From positions 77,254,001 through 77,318,000 of the forward strand of contig NC_086108.1 in the NCBI RefSeq assembly GCF_963921235.1: 64,000 nucleotides of DNA. Direction: 5' to 3'. Below, one piece after another: positions 1 through 12,770 of the stretch. The stretch comes from Mobula hypostoma (taxonomy: Eukaryota). A program made the position numbers and the translations under genes. Numbering within the stretch: position 1 is the first letter of the stretch; each line of letters begins with the position of its first letter. The notes beneath the pieces were generated by a model. It was not told the origin of the DNA, did not search any database, and worked only from the letters and a program-made list of their open reading frames with translations.

Positions 1-812
1 CTTAGCAGCAGCAGTTCAATGCAGTACATAATCTAGCAGAGAGAGAAAAAATAATAAATAAAATAAAACATAATAAATAAACAAGTAAATCAATTACGTA
101 TATTGAATAGATTTTTAAAAAATGTGCAAACAAAAATACTGTATATTAAAAAAAAGTGAGGTAGTGTCCAAAGCTTCAATGTCCATTTAGGAATCAGATG
201 GCAGAGGGGAAGAAGCTGTTCCTGAATCTCTGAGTGTGTGCCTTCAGGCTTCTGTACCTCCTACCTGATGGTAACAATGAGAAAAGGGCATGCCCTGGGT
301 GCTGGAGGTCCTTAACAATGGACGCTTCCTTTCTGAGAAACTGTTCCCTAAAGATGTCCTGGGTACTTTGTAGGCTAGTACCCAAGATGGAGATGACTAG
401 ATTTACAACTTTCTGCAGCTTCTTTCGGTCCTGTGCAGTAGCCCCTCCACACGAGACAGTGATGCAGCCTGTCAGAATGCTCTCCACGGTACAACTATAG
501 AAGTTTTTGAGCGTATTTATTGACATGCCAAATTGCTTTAAACTCCTAATAAAGTATAGCCACTGTCTTGGCTTCTTTATGACTACATAAATATGTTGGG
601 ACTAGGTTAGACCCTCAGAGATCTTGACACGCAGGAACTTGAAGCTGCTCACTCTCTCCACTTCTGATCCCTCTATGAGGATTGGTATGTGTTCCTTCAT
701 CTTACCCTTCCTGAAATCTACAGTCAACTCTTCCGTCTTACTGATGTTGAGTACCAGGTTGTTGCTGTGGCACCATTCCACTAGTTGGCATATCTCACTC
801 CTGTACACCCTC
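1..812 (-). mobile_element. Rex1/Babar-like LINE, 3' fragment (RT C-terminus and 3' UTR)
   Basis: ORFs 602-838 (WCHSNNLVLNISKTEELTVDFRK, FKFL) and 194-526 (LPSGRRYRS...RFRNSFFPSAI) are typical C-terminal motifs; same family at 63642-64000. Confidence 0.85.
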
Positions 813-869
813 AAAGTGGATGAAGGACAACTGGACAAGTTGAGGGTGTGGCAGATGTGATAGTTTAAT

Positions 870-1925
870 CTTCAGATCATCAATTCACACTACGGCAAGA
901 ACGAGCAGAGCAACAAGACACAATGGGATTATCCTGCTTCAGAAAGGTCTCTCCAAAGCAGAATTTTTGTGGTAGATAGGAGTTTCAAAGTGTGTTGTCC
1001 AAGCTCTTCTGAAGAAGTGCAAAGAAACAGGCAAGGTTGAGAATCAGAAATACAGTGGTCAGTCACATAAACTGAATGCAGCAGACAAGAGATACATCAA
1101 ACTAAAGTCCCTTCTAAACTGGAAGAAGTTCAGCACTTCCATCAGCTCTGAACTCACAGAAACCACTGGAACCCAAATATACCCCTCTACATTCTGGAGA
1201 AGTCTTGTCTGAAGTGGTCTTCATGGAAGAGTTGTTGCCAAAAAGTAATTCCTCTGAAGTGGAAACAAAGCCAAGATACTCACCTATGCACAAAAATACA
1301 AGGGCCGGAGTGCTGAACAATGGCAGCAAGTGTTCTGGACTGACGAGCTAAAATTTGAAAATTTGGCTCAAACAGGAGGCATCTTTTCTTTAAAAGAGCT
1401 AGAGAGTACTACCTGAATGAGTGTCTGCAGCCAACAGTGAAGCATGGTAGAGGTTCTCTGCAGGTTTGAGGCTGCATTTTTGCAAATGGAGTTGGTGATC
1501 TGATTAGAATTAATGGAATCCTCAATTGTGAAAAGTACAAGTAGATTCTCATCCAACATGCCTTTCCATTGGGGAGGCGTCTGATTGGTTCTAACTTCAG
1601 GCCAATGATCCCAAAGACGTGGCCAAGGTCATAAAGAACTGTCTTCAGCAAAAAAGCAGAACAAGGAGTTCTGCAACAGATGGTATGGCCTCCACAGAGC
1701 CCTGATCTCAACACCATCGAGTCTGTATGGGATTACCTGAAGAAACAAAAGCAAGCAAGAGAGCCAAAGTTTGCAAAAGAACTGTAACAAGTTCTCCAAG
1801 ATGTGTCAAAGAGCCTATCAGCTGATTTTCTTATAAAACAGCATGATACTGTAGCTAAGAGAATTGATGCAGTTGTAAAGGTAAAAGATGGTCACTTCAA
1901 ATGTTGATTTTGATTTAGTTTTTTA
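870..1925 (+). mobile_element. Tc1-family transposase relic
   Basis: VFWTDELKFE at ~1330 and WPPQSPDLNTIE at ~1686 are Tc1 DDE motifs; frameshifted. Confidence 0.85.
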
Positions 1926-1929
1926 CTAT

Positions 1930-2905
1930 TCATGACCACAATGTTCTGGTGAAACCTTTCACCATGTTTGACATTGACACTGCCAATATTTGCAGGGAAG
2001 TCGTCTAAGTGGGAATGCAGAAATTGGATCTTTAGTGATATGTTGCACTTCATGGTTTTGTATGCCTGAAGCATGTTGTCCACCAGCTGCATGTAGTTTG
2101 GTGGCCTGTAGATACCAAGAAAATTTTCAATACCATCCTTGAATGCCTTCCATGCAATTTTCTCCAGTCCCGCTAGAAGTTCTTCAAATTGCCTCTCACT
2201 GATGACATGTTTTGTGGACCAACAAAAATGCCTTCCTTTATCTTGGCATCAGTTATTCTAGGAAACATCTGCCTCAAATATTGAAATACTTCACCTTGCT
2301 TGTTCATCACTTTCAGAAAATAATTCATAACGCACAGTTTTATATGAAAAGCAGGCAAAAATACCTTTGTTGGGTCTACAAGTAGTTTATGGGCCACACA
2401 TTTCCGTATTGGAACCAACTGCATATGGAGTGGGCTACCCTTTTTAATGCAATGAGGTTCTTTAGCATAGCGTATCTGAGCTGCATTCCTCGTCACAGCA
2501 CTATTACTTTCAGATTATCAAAGGTGTTTCTGTTATAGTTGCTGTACTGTAAGTGTTTCAATAAGACTTCCAAATTTTAGTATTGAAGGGTGACATTGTT
2601 GTTTTGTAGCAGCACAGCTTTCAGGGTTAACACTGAAGGATCAATAAAAAGACACCATTGTTGTGGATAATGCTGGCAAACCAAAGCATGCCCGGGCAGG
2701 TCTGGACAAGATACAAAACTTTTTAGCTTTCATTGCAGGCAATATTTTAAATGACTTGAATAATGAATTGAAATAACAAATATAGGGGTGATTCCAAAAA
2801 GTAATGTGTAATAGGGAATTTTCATGGTGATTTTTTTGATCAGCAGCGCAAAATCCATAAGATACACCCAAAAGTATTCAGGAAGCAAAATCTTTGTTGT
2901 CCTGT
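1930..2905 (-). mobile_element. Chapaev3-like (CMC) DNA transposon relic
   Basis: LPAFHIKLCVMNYFLK, AKIKEGIFVGPQ and SLKIQFLHSHLDDFPANIGSVNVKHGERFHQNI resemble Chapaev3 transposase motifs; terminus-like sequence near 2900. Confidence 0.7.
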
Positions 2906-3099
2906 ATAACTAATCAGAAAAGGCCATTGCTGCTGTATGGTCATCCCTGCTAGGACCCCCTTCCAATCAATTTTAGTAAGCTTCTCTCTTATGCTTCTTT
3001 AGTTAAGCCTAGCTTTACTCTCTCAAATTTGCAGGGTGAATTATTGCATATTATGATCACTGTCCCCTGAGAGTTCCTTTACCTCCGATTTCCTAACTA

Positions 3100-3513
3100 C
3101 GGGGGGTGTTTGTGGCCTAACATAGAAGGAGATGTTTAACTTCAAACGTTCTGCATTATCACTCAAAGAGTTGAACTGCACGTGCATGTAACGAGAGCGT
3201 CTTGAACCTCCAGGTGGTCCACAACAGGGGTGATTGATAAGTTTGTGGCCTAAGGTAGAAGGAGATGAGTTATACAGCTCTCGTTACATGCACATGCAGA
3301 AAGTTTGAAGTTTCTGCTCACCTCCTTCTACCTTAGGCCATGAACTTATCAATCACCCCTGCTGTGGACCATTTTCTGGAGGTCCAAGACACCGACTTCT
3401 ACAAAGAAGGGATCTGTATGCTCCACAACTGCTGGACTAAGTGTGTAAATGTGCTAGGTTTTCTAAAATCAACTCCATCTACCTTAGGCCACAAACATAT
3501 CAATCACCCCTTG
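3100..3513 (+). mobile_element. mariner-derived MITE
   Basis: TA on both flanks (3098-99, 3514-15), TIR-like ends, and DFYKEGICMLHNCWTKCVNV matching the mariner transposase C-terminus. Confidence 0.8.
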
Positions 3514-3564
3514 TACAGTCTCTTTATAATTTGAAATTAAACCAGTTAAACCAGTTCGTAAAGT

Positions 3565-3990
3565 TAAGAACATAAAAGAATAGGAATAAGAAGAGAACAT
3601 TTTGTGCTTTATTTGCTCGGCCATTCAACAAAATCATGACTAATCTTCTAACTCAATGACATTTTCAAACCTGTCCTCATTTCCTTTCTTTCTCTTAATG
3701 CCTCTTTAGAAACATCACGCTCTTCATAAAGAAATCCCTCCTTATCTCAGTTATATAGGCTTGTTCCTTATTCTAAGATAATGGACCATAGGTTTGGACT
3801 CCTCAGCTAGGGAAACATTGTCCCTGCATCCAGTCGGTCGAGTCATTGAAAGCTTCATTGAAGTCTCTTTTCATTCTGCAAAACTCCTGAAAATATAGGC
3901 CTTTTCTAATAAAACTCACTTCACCTGGCAAACCTGCTAAGCAGAAGCCATTTGAATGAATCTTTGCTGGCCTTCTCTGTGGAATGAAAA
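3565..3990 (-). mobile_element. old CR1 3' fragment
   Basis: Degenerate reverse complement of the CR1 3' end seen elsewhere in the window. Confidence 0.6.
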
Positions 3991-4009
3991 TCTGTTTGCT
4001 CGAATCTCA

Positions 4010-4702
4010 AAATGTTGGCTTGCAGGTACAACAGGTTATTAAGAAGGCAAATGGAATATTGACCTTCATTGCTAGAGGGATTGAATTCAAGAGCAGGGAG
4101 GTCATGCTGCAACTATGCAGGGTATTGGTGAGGCCGCACCTGGGGTACTGTGTGTAGTTCTGGTCTCCACACTTGAGGAACTGGCTTTGGAGGCAGTGCA
4201 GAGGAGGTTCACCAGGTTGATTCCAGGGATGAAGGAGTTAATCTATGAGGCCAGATTGAGTTGCCTGTGACTATACTCTCTGGAGTTCAGAAGAATGAGA
4301 GGGGATCTTATAGAAACATACAACATTTTGAAAGGGATAGATAAGATAGAAGTAGGAAAGTTTTTTCCATTGGTAGGTGAAACTAGAACTAGGGGATGTT
4401 GCTTCAAGATTCAGGAGAGAAGATTTAGGATGGAGATGAGGAGAAACTGTTATTCCCAGAGAGTGGGGAATCTGTGGAATTCTCTGCCCAGGGAAGCAGT
4501 TGAGGCTTCTTCACTAAATATATTTAAGAAACAGTTAGATAGGTTCTTAGATAGTAAGGGAATTAAGGGTTACGGAGAAAAGGCAGGTAGATGGAGCTGA
4601 GTTTATGGACAGATCAGCCATGATCTTGTTGAATGGCGGGGCAGGCTCAATGGGCTGGATGGCCTACTCCCGCTCCTATTTCTTATGTTCTTATGTTCTT
4701 AT
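4010..4702 (+). mobile_element. CR1 LINE 3' fragment
   Basis: MRGDLIETYNILKG...TRTRG...NLWNSLP; CR1 3' UTR and (TTCTTATG)n tail. Confidence 0.92.
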
Positions 4703-4799
4703 AGGTAAGGAAACTAAAGTTGTACGCAGTCCTCAAGGTGTGCAAACTCCAGTGCCCTAACAGGTCAAGATAAACCCACTGTACTTAAATGCACACATA

Positions 4800-5085
4800 T
4801 GCTAACTCGTAGAGCTTAGCACGATGCTGTTGCAGCTTGGGATGTGGTGTTCAAAGTTCAATTCAATGCCATTCGTAAGGAGTTTGTATATCCTCCATGA
4901 AGAATGCATGGGTTTTCTTAGTGCTCCAGTTTCCTCCCACAGTCTAAAGACCTAATGGTTAGTAGGCTAATTGGTCACTGTAAATTGTTCTGTGATTAGG
5001 CTAATGCTAAATCAGGAGATGCTGGACGGTCGGTCTCAAATGGCCAGAAAGACCTACTCCATGTTGTTTCTCAGTAAATAATAAA
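4800..5085 (+). mobile_element. tRNA-derived V-domain SINE (HE1-like)
   Basis: Central gtgctccagtttcctcccacagtctaaagac...ggttagtaggctaattgg V-domain and a CR1-like tail. Confidence 0.7.
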
Positions 5086-5525
5086 GACATACGATGTATT
5101 TGTCTCCTGACCTCTTATAGTGCATGCATGTTGACTTTCAATGACCAAGATCCCTTGGAGCATCAGTGTTCTGTGAACAGAAATTGCTGTAACTTAACTT
5201 ATTTCAGAGTCAATTACATTTTTACGATGAAGCCTGTGAAAAAATAGTCCCTACAAGGAAAGCCCATAAATTTGAAAATTCTAGTAGATGTCTTTTTCCT
5301 TGGTAGTAGTGGTAGCCATACTTGGTAACATTGTCTCAGTGAAAAATGAGATGTAACCAGGAAGGGGAATCATTATTCTTATCATATTACTAGACATGAG
5401 TTGTTAGTGTTTTGGAACTCATAGGTTACGAGTCAAAACTGAGCTCTGAGGAAGTTTTATTGGGGCAAAATTAGTTTTTTCCATTTGCATACTGCTTCAC
5501 GTAGGAATTTCAGATTACGTAAGTA

Positions 5526-6100
5526 CACTCAGTGACCACTTTATTTGGAACCTTCTCTACTTAATAAAGTGGCCACTCAGTTATTGTTTGTGATCATTTG
5601 CTGCCATAGTCCATCTACTTCAAGATTCGATGTGTTGTGCATTCAAAGATGCTCTTCTACACACCACTGTTGTAACGTGATTATTTGAGTTACTGATGCC
5701 TTCCTGTCAGCTTGAACCAGTCTGGCCATTCTCCTCTGACCTCTCTCAATAATAAAGCATTTTTGCCCATGGAACCACCACTCACTGGATGTTTTTATTG
5801 TCTTTTGCACTGTTCTCTGTAAACTCTAGAGACTGTTGTGTGTGAAAACCAGGAAATCAGCAATTCAAATCACCCTATCTGGCACAGATTAAAGTTACTT
5901 AAAGTTACTTCATTCCACAGTTAAAGTTACTTAGATCACATTTCTTCCCCATTCTGATGTTGGTCTGAACAACAACTGAAACTCCTGAGACCATGTCTGC
6001 ATGCTTTCATGCATTGAGTTGCTGCCACATGATTGGCTAATTAGATACTTGCATTAATGAGCAGATGTACAGGTGTACCTAATAAAATGGTCACTGTGTG
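5526..6100. mobile_element. Tc1-type non-autonomous element
   Basis: TA|CACTCAGTGACCACTTTATT ... AATAAAATGGTCACTGTGTG|TA imperfect TIRs with TA duplication. Confidence 0.85.
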
Positions 6101-6749
6101 TATATTACTACCAGGCAACATTTACATGAGCGACACTTTAATGATGTTAACAAGTAAGGATAGACTTGTTTACAATACTCAATAGGCTAAAAGAAATATC
6201 TTTATATCTGTATTGAGAAAATTATTCAACAAAGAAATCTTTATGTCTTTAACTTTGGTTTCAATCACATAGGATTAAGGGAGCTATGCTAACTACAAAG
6301 TGCCAGAGTTCCAAATTGTTGAATTTTTCAAGGTGGAATATAATCCCTGCAACAAATCTTCAGAATCAGATAAAACTGTTTTATTTCCAATATAAACATA
6401 GTTAGCAATCATCAGATATCTGACTGTACAATCTTCCCACCTCATTTAATCCTCTTGGGATTCAAATATTTCTGACACTTTTAAATGTTTATTTAAACTT
6501 TTATTACAACCTTGCCATTCTATGACATGTTAAGACAATCTTTATCATAGATATTATAGATGGCTGTACTGTTCTCTGATGTTGACTCTTTTAGAACACA
6601 GAACAGTATAGCACAGGAAGAAGCACTTTGTCTTATGATGTCTGGACTGATCATGCTGCCAATCTAAACTAATTCAATTTGCCTGAATAAGGTCTATATG
6701 CAACTATTCACAGCTCCTTCTGTCTGAATGCTTCTTAAACTAGCATAGC

Positions 6750-7872
6750 AATCCTGGCCATTGGATTCCTGATTTCCTCACTTGCAGACCCCAATCAGTT
6801 CAGATTGGCAACAACATCGCCTCCTGAATCACCATCAGCACAGGTACACCTCAAGGCTGAATGCTTATCCCCCAGTTTATACTTATGATTGTGAGGCTAA
6901 GCAGAGCTCCAGTGCCATATTTAAGTTTGCTGATGACACTACTGTCAACTGGCTGGATCAAAGGTGATGACGATGCAGCGTATAGAAGGGAGATGGAAAA
7001 TCTGGCTGACTGGTGCCACAAAGGCAACCTCTCACTCAGAGTCAGCAAAACTAAAGAGCTGACTGTTGACTACAGGAGAAATCCTGAGGTTTATGAGCTA
7101 GTCCTCACCAAGGGATCAGAGGTGGAGAAGGTCAGCCACTTGATGTTATCTTTTCTGAGGATCTGTCCTGGGTCCAGCACATAAGTGCCGTTACAAGGAA
7201 GGGATGACAGCCTTCTACTTCCTTAGAAGTTTGCAAAGATTCTAAAACTTTGACAAACTTCTATAGGTGTGCAGTGGAGAGTCTTTTGACTGGTTGCCTC
7301 ACAACCTGTTAGGGAAACACCAAAAGCCTTAAACAGAAAAGCCCACAAGAATTAGTGGATACAGCCCATTCCATCAGGGCAAAACCTTCCCCACCATTGA
7401 GCACATCTACGAGGAGCACTGTCACAGGAAAGCAGCCCCTGTCATCAAGGATCCTCACCATCCAGGCCATGCGCCCTTCTCTCTGCTGCTATCAAAAAGG
7501 AGGTACAGAATCCTCAGGACCCACACCACCAGCTTCAGGACCAGTTATTACCCCTCAACCATCAGGTTTTTGAACTTGAAGGGATAACTTCACTCACCCT
7601 AGCACTGAAATATTCCCATAACCTATGGGCTCATTTTCAAGAACTCATCTCATGTACTCAATATTTATTGCTTATTATTTATTTATAATTACTATTTTGT
7701 TTGTGCTTATTTCTTTTTGTATTCGCAGTTCGTTGCCATTTGCACATTGATTGTTCTGAGTGCTGGTTTTCACTGATTCTAATGTGTTTCTTTGTATTTA
7801 CTGTGAATGCCTGTAGGAGAGTTAATATCAGGGTCATATATGGTGATATGTGCAGTGTGAACTTTGATAATA
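6750..7872 (+). mobile_element. Rex1/Babar-like LINE 3' part (tail resumes 8605-8632)
   Basis: IFKFADDTTV, WCHKGNLSLRVSKTKELTVDYRR; ACTTTG tail split by an insertion. Confidence 0.85.
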
Positions 7873-8604
7873 TAGTGTATGGGGTGTGCAGGGAGGGTAA
7901 CACCTCTGGTGAAAGGGCTTGTTGTCTCCATTCCAAGGCAGATCGTTCACCTTTGGTCCTCACTAGACAATTAGCTCTCGCCTGTGGCTCCAATTAACTG
8001 TTTGCATGTGACAGTGCCACAACCTGTGAACCGCTTCAACAGGTTGGCTAAATGAGGTGAGTGTAGCTGGTGGCCTCAACCCCTAACACAAACAGGAAAA
8101 TCTGCAGAAGCTGGAAATCACAGCAACATGCACGAAATGCTGGAGGAACTCAGCAGGCCAGACAACATTTAGGAAAGGAGTACAGTCGATGTTTTGGTCT
8201 GAAACGTCAACTGTACTCTTTTCCTAGATGCTGCTTGGCCTGCTGAGTTCCTCCAGCATTTTGTGTGTGTGGCCTCATACCCTGGTGAGATAGGGACATG
8301 CTTGTCTTAGTATGCTAAGTCAGTTCTGGCAGACTGGGCGGATGAGATTTTCAGTGAGATCCATCAGCCAGGAAGGTGGTGCTGCGGTGTTTCCGTGGAG
8401 ATCGAAGGGCATTACAAGGCACAGAAGAAATCATGGTCATCTGCTGCAAACACAGAAGACCTCAGTTTGTGATGCTTGTTTGTACCACTGGACTCTGAAT
8501 TCTGGGATCAACAGAGTGGAAATACCACTGTGCAATGGGTTTTCCACTTTATAAACTCATCTGCGCAAGTCTTCTGTCATTGTCGGACACAACGGACAAA
8601 CACC
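7873..8604 (+). mobile_element. non-coding, probably RTE-mobilised retroposon
   Basis: 12-bp duplication ACTTTGATAATA at 7861-7872 and 8605-8616; no ORF; RTE link is inference. Confidence 0.6.
8085..8270. mobile_element. palindromic Penelope terminal-repeat derivative
   Basis: Arms aaatgctggaggaactcagcaggcca and tggcctgctgagttcctccagcattt; homologous to Penelope 3' end at 38205-38300. Confidence 0.8.
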
Positions 8605-8784
8605 ACTTTGATAATAAATTTACTTTGAACTTTCACATGGCATGGTCTTTTAAATTTCCTTTGAAATTTACCTCTCCCACCTAAAAGCTATGCCCTCTGG
8701 TATTTGGTTTGGTTTATTCTTGTACATATACTGATATACTGTAAAATGGATTTTGCCTGCATGCCATCCAATCAGATTATATAG

Positions 8785-9390
8785 AGTCATAGACTCCTAG
8801 AAAAGTACAGCACAGAAACAGGCCTGTTGGCCCATCTAGTCCTTGCTGAGCCATTTACACTTCCAACTTCCATCCAGCTGCACCGGGACCATAGTCCTCC
8901 ATACCCCTACCATCCATGTATTTACCCAAACATCTTTTAAAGGTTGAAATGCAGCTTGCATGCTCTACTTGTCCTGGCACCTCATTCCACACTTGCATTA
9001 TCTTCTTGAATGAAGAAGTTTCCCCTCAAGTTCCCCTTAAATTTTTCACCTTTCACCCTTAACCCATGACCTCCAGTTATAGCCCCCAAACTCAGTGGAA
9101 AGAGCCTACTTGGATTTATCTCATAGTTTTGTATATCTCTATCAAATCTCCTCTCAATCTTCTACATCGCAGGGAATAAAGTCATAAGCTATTCTATCTT
9201 TCCATATAACTCTGGTCCTCCCGACAGCAACATCCTTGTAAATTTCTCTGCACTATTTCAGCCTTATTTACATCTTTCCCGTAGGTAGGTGATATTCCAA
9301 ATTAGGCCTCACCAACATCTTATGTATCTTCAACATAACATCCCATCTCCTGTATTCAGTATTTTAATTTATGAAAGCCAATATACCATC
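8785..9390 (-). mobile_element. CR1 3' fragment (continues 11963-12230)
   Basis: CR1 tail at ~8785; sequence resumes at gccagaaggtttctttatgacc after nested inserts. Confidence 0.8.
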
Positions 9391-9394
9391 AGAC

Positions 9395-11275
9395 TGTAAA
9401 ACCATAAAACATATGAGCAGAATTAGGGCATTTGGCCCATCGAGCCTGCTCCGCCATTTCATCATGGCTGAATCCATTTTCCTGCTCAGCCCCAATTTCC
9501 AGTCTTCTCCCCGAATTCCTTCATGCCCTGACCAATCAAAAATCTATCAACCTCTGCCTTAAGTATACATATAGACTTGGCCTCCACAGCTGCCTTTGGC
9601 AACAGCTTCCACAGATACACCACTCTCTGGCTAAAGTTTCAGTTTCAGCACATCCGTTCAAAGATAAGTGGCCCTAAACAGCTCACAGTAACCTCACTAG
9701 AGCTTTATAAAGTTTCAACATAACATCCTTGCTTTTATATTCTAGTCCTCTTGAAATGAATGCAAACGTTGCATTTGCCTCTTCATCACCAACTCAACCT
9801 GCAAATTAACCTTTAGAGAATCCTGCACAAGGACTCCCAAGTCCCTAAGCACCTTATGTTTTGTATTTTCTCTCCATTTAGAAAATAATCAATCCTTTCA
9901 TTTCTTCTACCAAAGTGCATGACCATACACTTCCTGATACTGTATTTCATCTGCTACTTCTTTGCCCATTCTCCTAATCTGTCTAAGTCTTTCTGCAGCC
10001 TCTCTACTTCCTCAAAACTCCTTGCCTTTCCACCCATCTTCATATCATCTGCAAGCTTTGCAAAAGCCATCAATTCCATCATATATCATTGACAGAAAGA
10101 AAAAAAAGCAATCCCAACACAGATCCCTGTGGAACACCACTAGTTACCAGCAGCCAACCGGAAAAGGCTCCCTTTATTCCCACTTTTTGCCTCCTGCCAG
10201 TCAGCCACTGCTTTATTCATGCTAGAATCTTCCCTGTAATACCATGGGGTCATAGCTTGTTAAGCAGCCTCATGTGTGGCACCTTCTCAAAGGACTTCTG
10301 AAATCAACCAATTCTCTTTTGTCTATCCTGCTTGCTTTTTCTTCAAAGAATTCCAACAGATTGATCAGGCAAGATTTTCCTTCAAGGAAACCATGCTGAC
10401 CACGGCCTATTTTGTCATGTTCTTTCAAGTACTCCAAAACCACATCCTTACCAGTCAACTCCAACATCTTCCCAGTCACTGAGGTCAGACTAACTGGTCT
10501 ATAATTTTCTTTCTTTTGACTCTCCGCCTTCTTGAAGAATGGAACGACATTTGCAATTGTCCAATCTTCTGGAACCATTTCAGAGTGTAGTGATCCTTGA
10601 AGGATCATTACTAATGCTTCCGCAATCTCTTCAGCAACCTCTTTCTGTACCCTGGGGTGTATGCCATCTAGTCCAGCTGACTCATCTACCTTCAGACCTT
10701 TCAGTTTCCCAAGAACCTTCTCCCTAGTAATGGCAGCTTCATACACTTCATGCCCCCTGATACCTGGAACTTCCACCATACTGCCAGTGTATTCAGTTCA
10801 TCCACCATTTCCTTGTCCCCCATTATGACTTCTCCAGCATCATTTTCCAGCGGTCCAATATCCACTCTCGCCTCTCTTTTACACTTAATGCATCTGAAGG
10901 AACTTTTGGTATCCTCTTTAATATTACAGTTTAGCTTGCTTTCATATTCCACCTTTACCTTCTTAGTGACTTTTGTTTGCCTTCTGTTGGTATTTGAAAG
11001 CTTCCCAATCCTCTGACTTCCCACTAGCTTTTGCTCCATTATGTGTCCTCTCTTTGGCTTGTATGTTGGCTTTGACTTCTCTTGTTAGTCACAGTTGTGT
11101 CACCTTGCCTTTAGAATACTTTTTTCCTCTTTGGGATCCTATGCTATCTGAACTGTTTAGAGAAATTCCAGCCATTGCTACTCTGCCATCATCCCTGCCA
11201 ATGTTCTTTTCCGATTAATTCTGGCCAACTCCTTTTTAATGCCTCTGTAATTCTCTTTACTCCACTGTAATACTG
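9395..11275 (-). mobile_element. CR1 LINE, 5'-truncated, internally deleted
   Basis: GLDGIHPRV, ENYRPVSLTS, QHGFLEGKSCLINLLEFF in ORF 10270-10779; CR1 tail near 9400. Confidence 0.9.
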
Positions 11276-11280
11276 TAATG

Positions 11281-11962
11281 GGAGGAGAAGATGGCAGCGT
11301 GACGCAGCACGCGCGGCCTCTCCGGTGAAATGATATCGTATTTGTTAAATAGGGGCCATGCACAATCCTGATTTGATGGAGACGGATGTGAGAAGCACAG
11401 AGGAACATCTGGAGAAACTTCTGATATGCCCGGTTTGCTGCCGCTGCTACTGTGCGATTGAGAATCTCCGGAGGGAAGGCCCCAAATCCTCGGCTTTGCC
11501 TGTTGCTGGCGGCTGGGGCTGGGGTCGAAGTGCTCAGCAGAAATGGTGCTTGGTGCTCGGTGTCGGAGGGCTGGTCGGTGGCTCGAAGTTTTCGGAAGGT
11601 CTGAGTCGGACTGTGGTTGGGTGCTTCCAGGATGCTGCACCGGCAAGTTTGCGGTGCTGGAAGCTTATGGCAGGAAGAGTTTTCTTCCTTCAACTGTCTG
11701 CGTGAGATGCTGGGACTTTTGAGAGACTTTGAGACTTTTTTTTACCGTGCCCATAGTCTGTTCTTCTATCAAGTTACGGTATTGGTTGCACTGTTGTAAC
11801 TATATGTTATAATTATGTGGTTTTTGTCAGTTTTTCAGTCTTGGTCTGTCTTGTGTTTCTGTGATATCACACTGGAGGAACATTGTATCATTTCTTAACG
11901 CATGCATTACTAAATGACAATAAAAGAGGACTGCGTGTCCTCATAATCTAATGTAATCTAAT
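11281..11962 (+). mobile_element. ~680-bp non-autonomous retroposon, copy 1
   Basis: Starts GGAGGAGAAGATGGC and ends AATAAAA...(TAATC)n; homologous over its whole length to 15805-16506. Confidence 0.8.
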
Positions 11963-12234
11963 GCCAGAAGGTTTCTTTATGACCCTATCAACCTGTGACT
12001 CTACTTTCAATGAATTATGGACCTTTATTCTACTGCACTCCTCAGTGCCCTACCATTCACTGTGTGTGACTTACCCTGGTTGATCATATCAAATTCTAAC
12101 AGCTTGTGCTTGTCTGCATTAAATTCCATCTGCCATTTTTCAGCCCATTTTTTCAGCTGGCCCAGATCCCTCTACAAGCCATGAGAGCCTTCCTCACTGT
12201 CCACTACACCCCTAATCTTGGTGTCATCTGCTTG

Positions 12235-12770
12235 ATGTCATACACAAAAAATGAGGAAGTACTAAGAAAAATAGATGGGAAATAAAATGTTGTACCTACA
12301 GAGAACATGCAGTCAGGGGAAGCAAATAAGGTGCAGAGGCCATAATGAGATACATCAGCTAATCAATAGTTCATCTTTAGCATATGAAAGGTATATTCAA
12401 GAGTCTACTGAACACCGGGTTAGAATCTGTTGTTGATTTTAGTGCTACCTGTATATGCTTTTCAGGATTTTGTACCTTGTGCCCTTTGGGAGAAGGGGGA
12501 ATAGAGAATGGCCCAATAGAAAGGATCCTTTATTATGTTGGCTGCTTTCCCAAGTGGCAGAAAGTGTAGGCGGAGTCAACGGAGGCAGGGCTGGTTTGCA
12601 TAATAGCTTGGATTGTGCTTCTGACTCTCCAAGTTTTCTTGTGATCTGGGGCAGGTGCCATGGTAAGGTGTGATCTGTCAAAGTAGGATGCCCAGTATGA
12701 TGCATCTGTAGAAATGGACATGATTCATCTGGGACATGACTTTTCCACACTGGGAAAAAGACTCTCATCC
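12235..12770 (-). mobile_element. degenerate Rex1/Babar-like 3' fragment
   Basis: Decayed similarity to 194-526 region. Confidence 0.5.

Noticed and set aside
1..300. Similarity between the window start and end (63697-64000) as a terminal repeat
   Set aside because: Two diverged copies of a common LINE 3' end; further copies lie at 34490 and 47300
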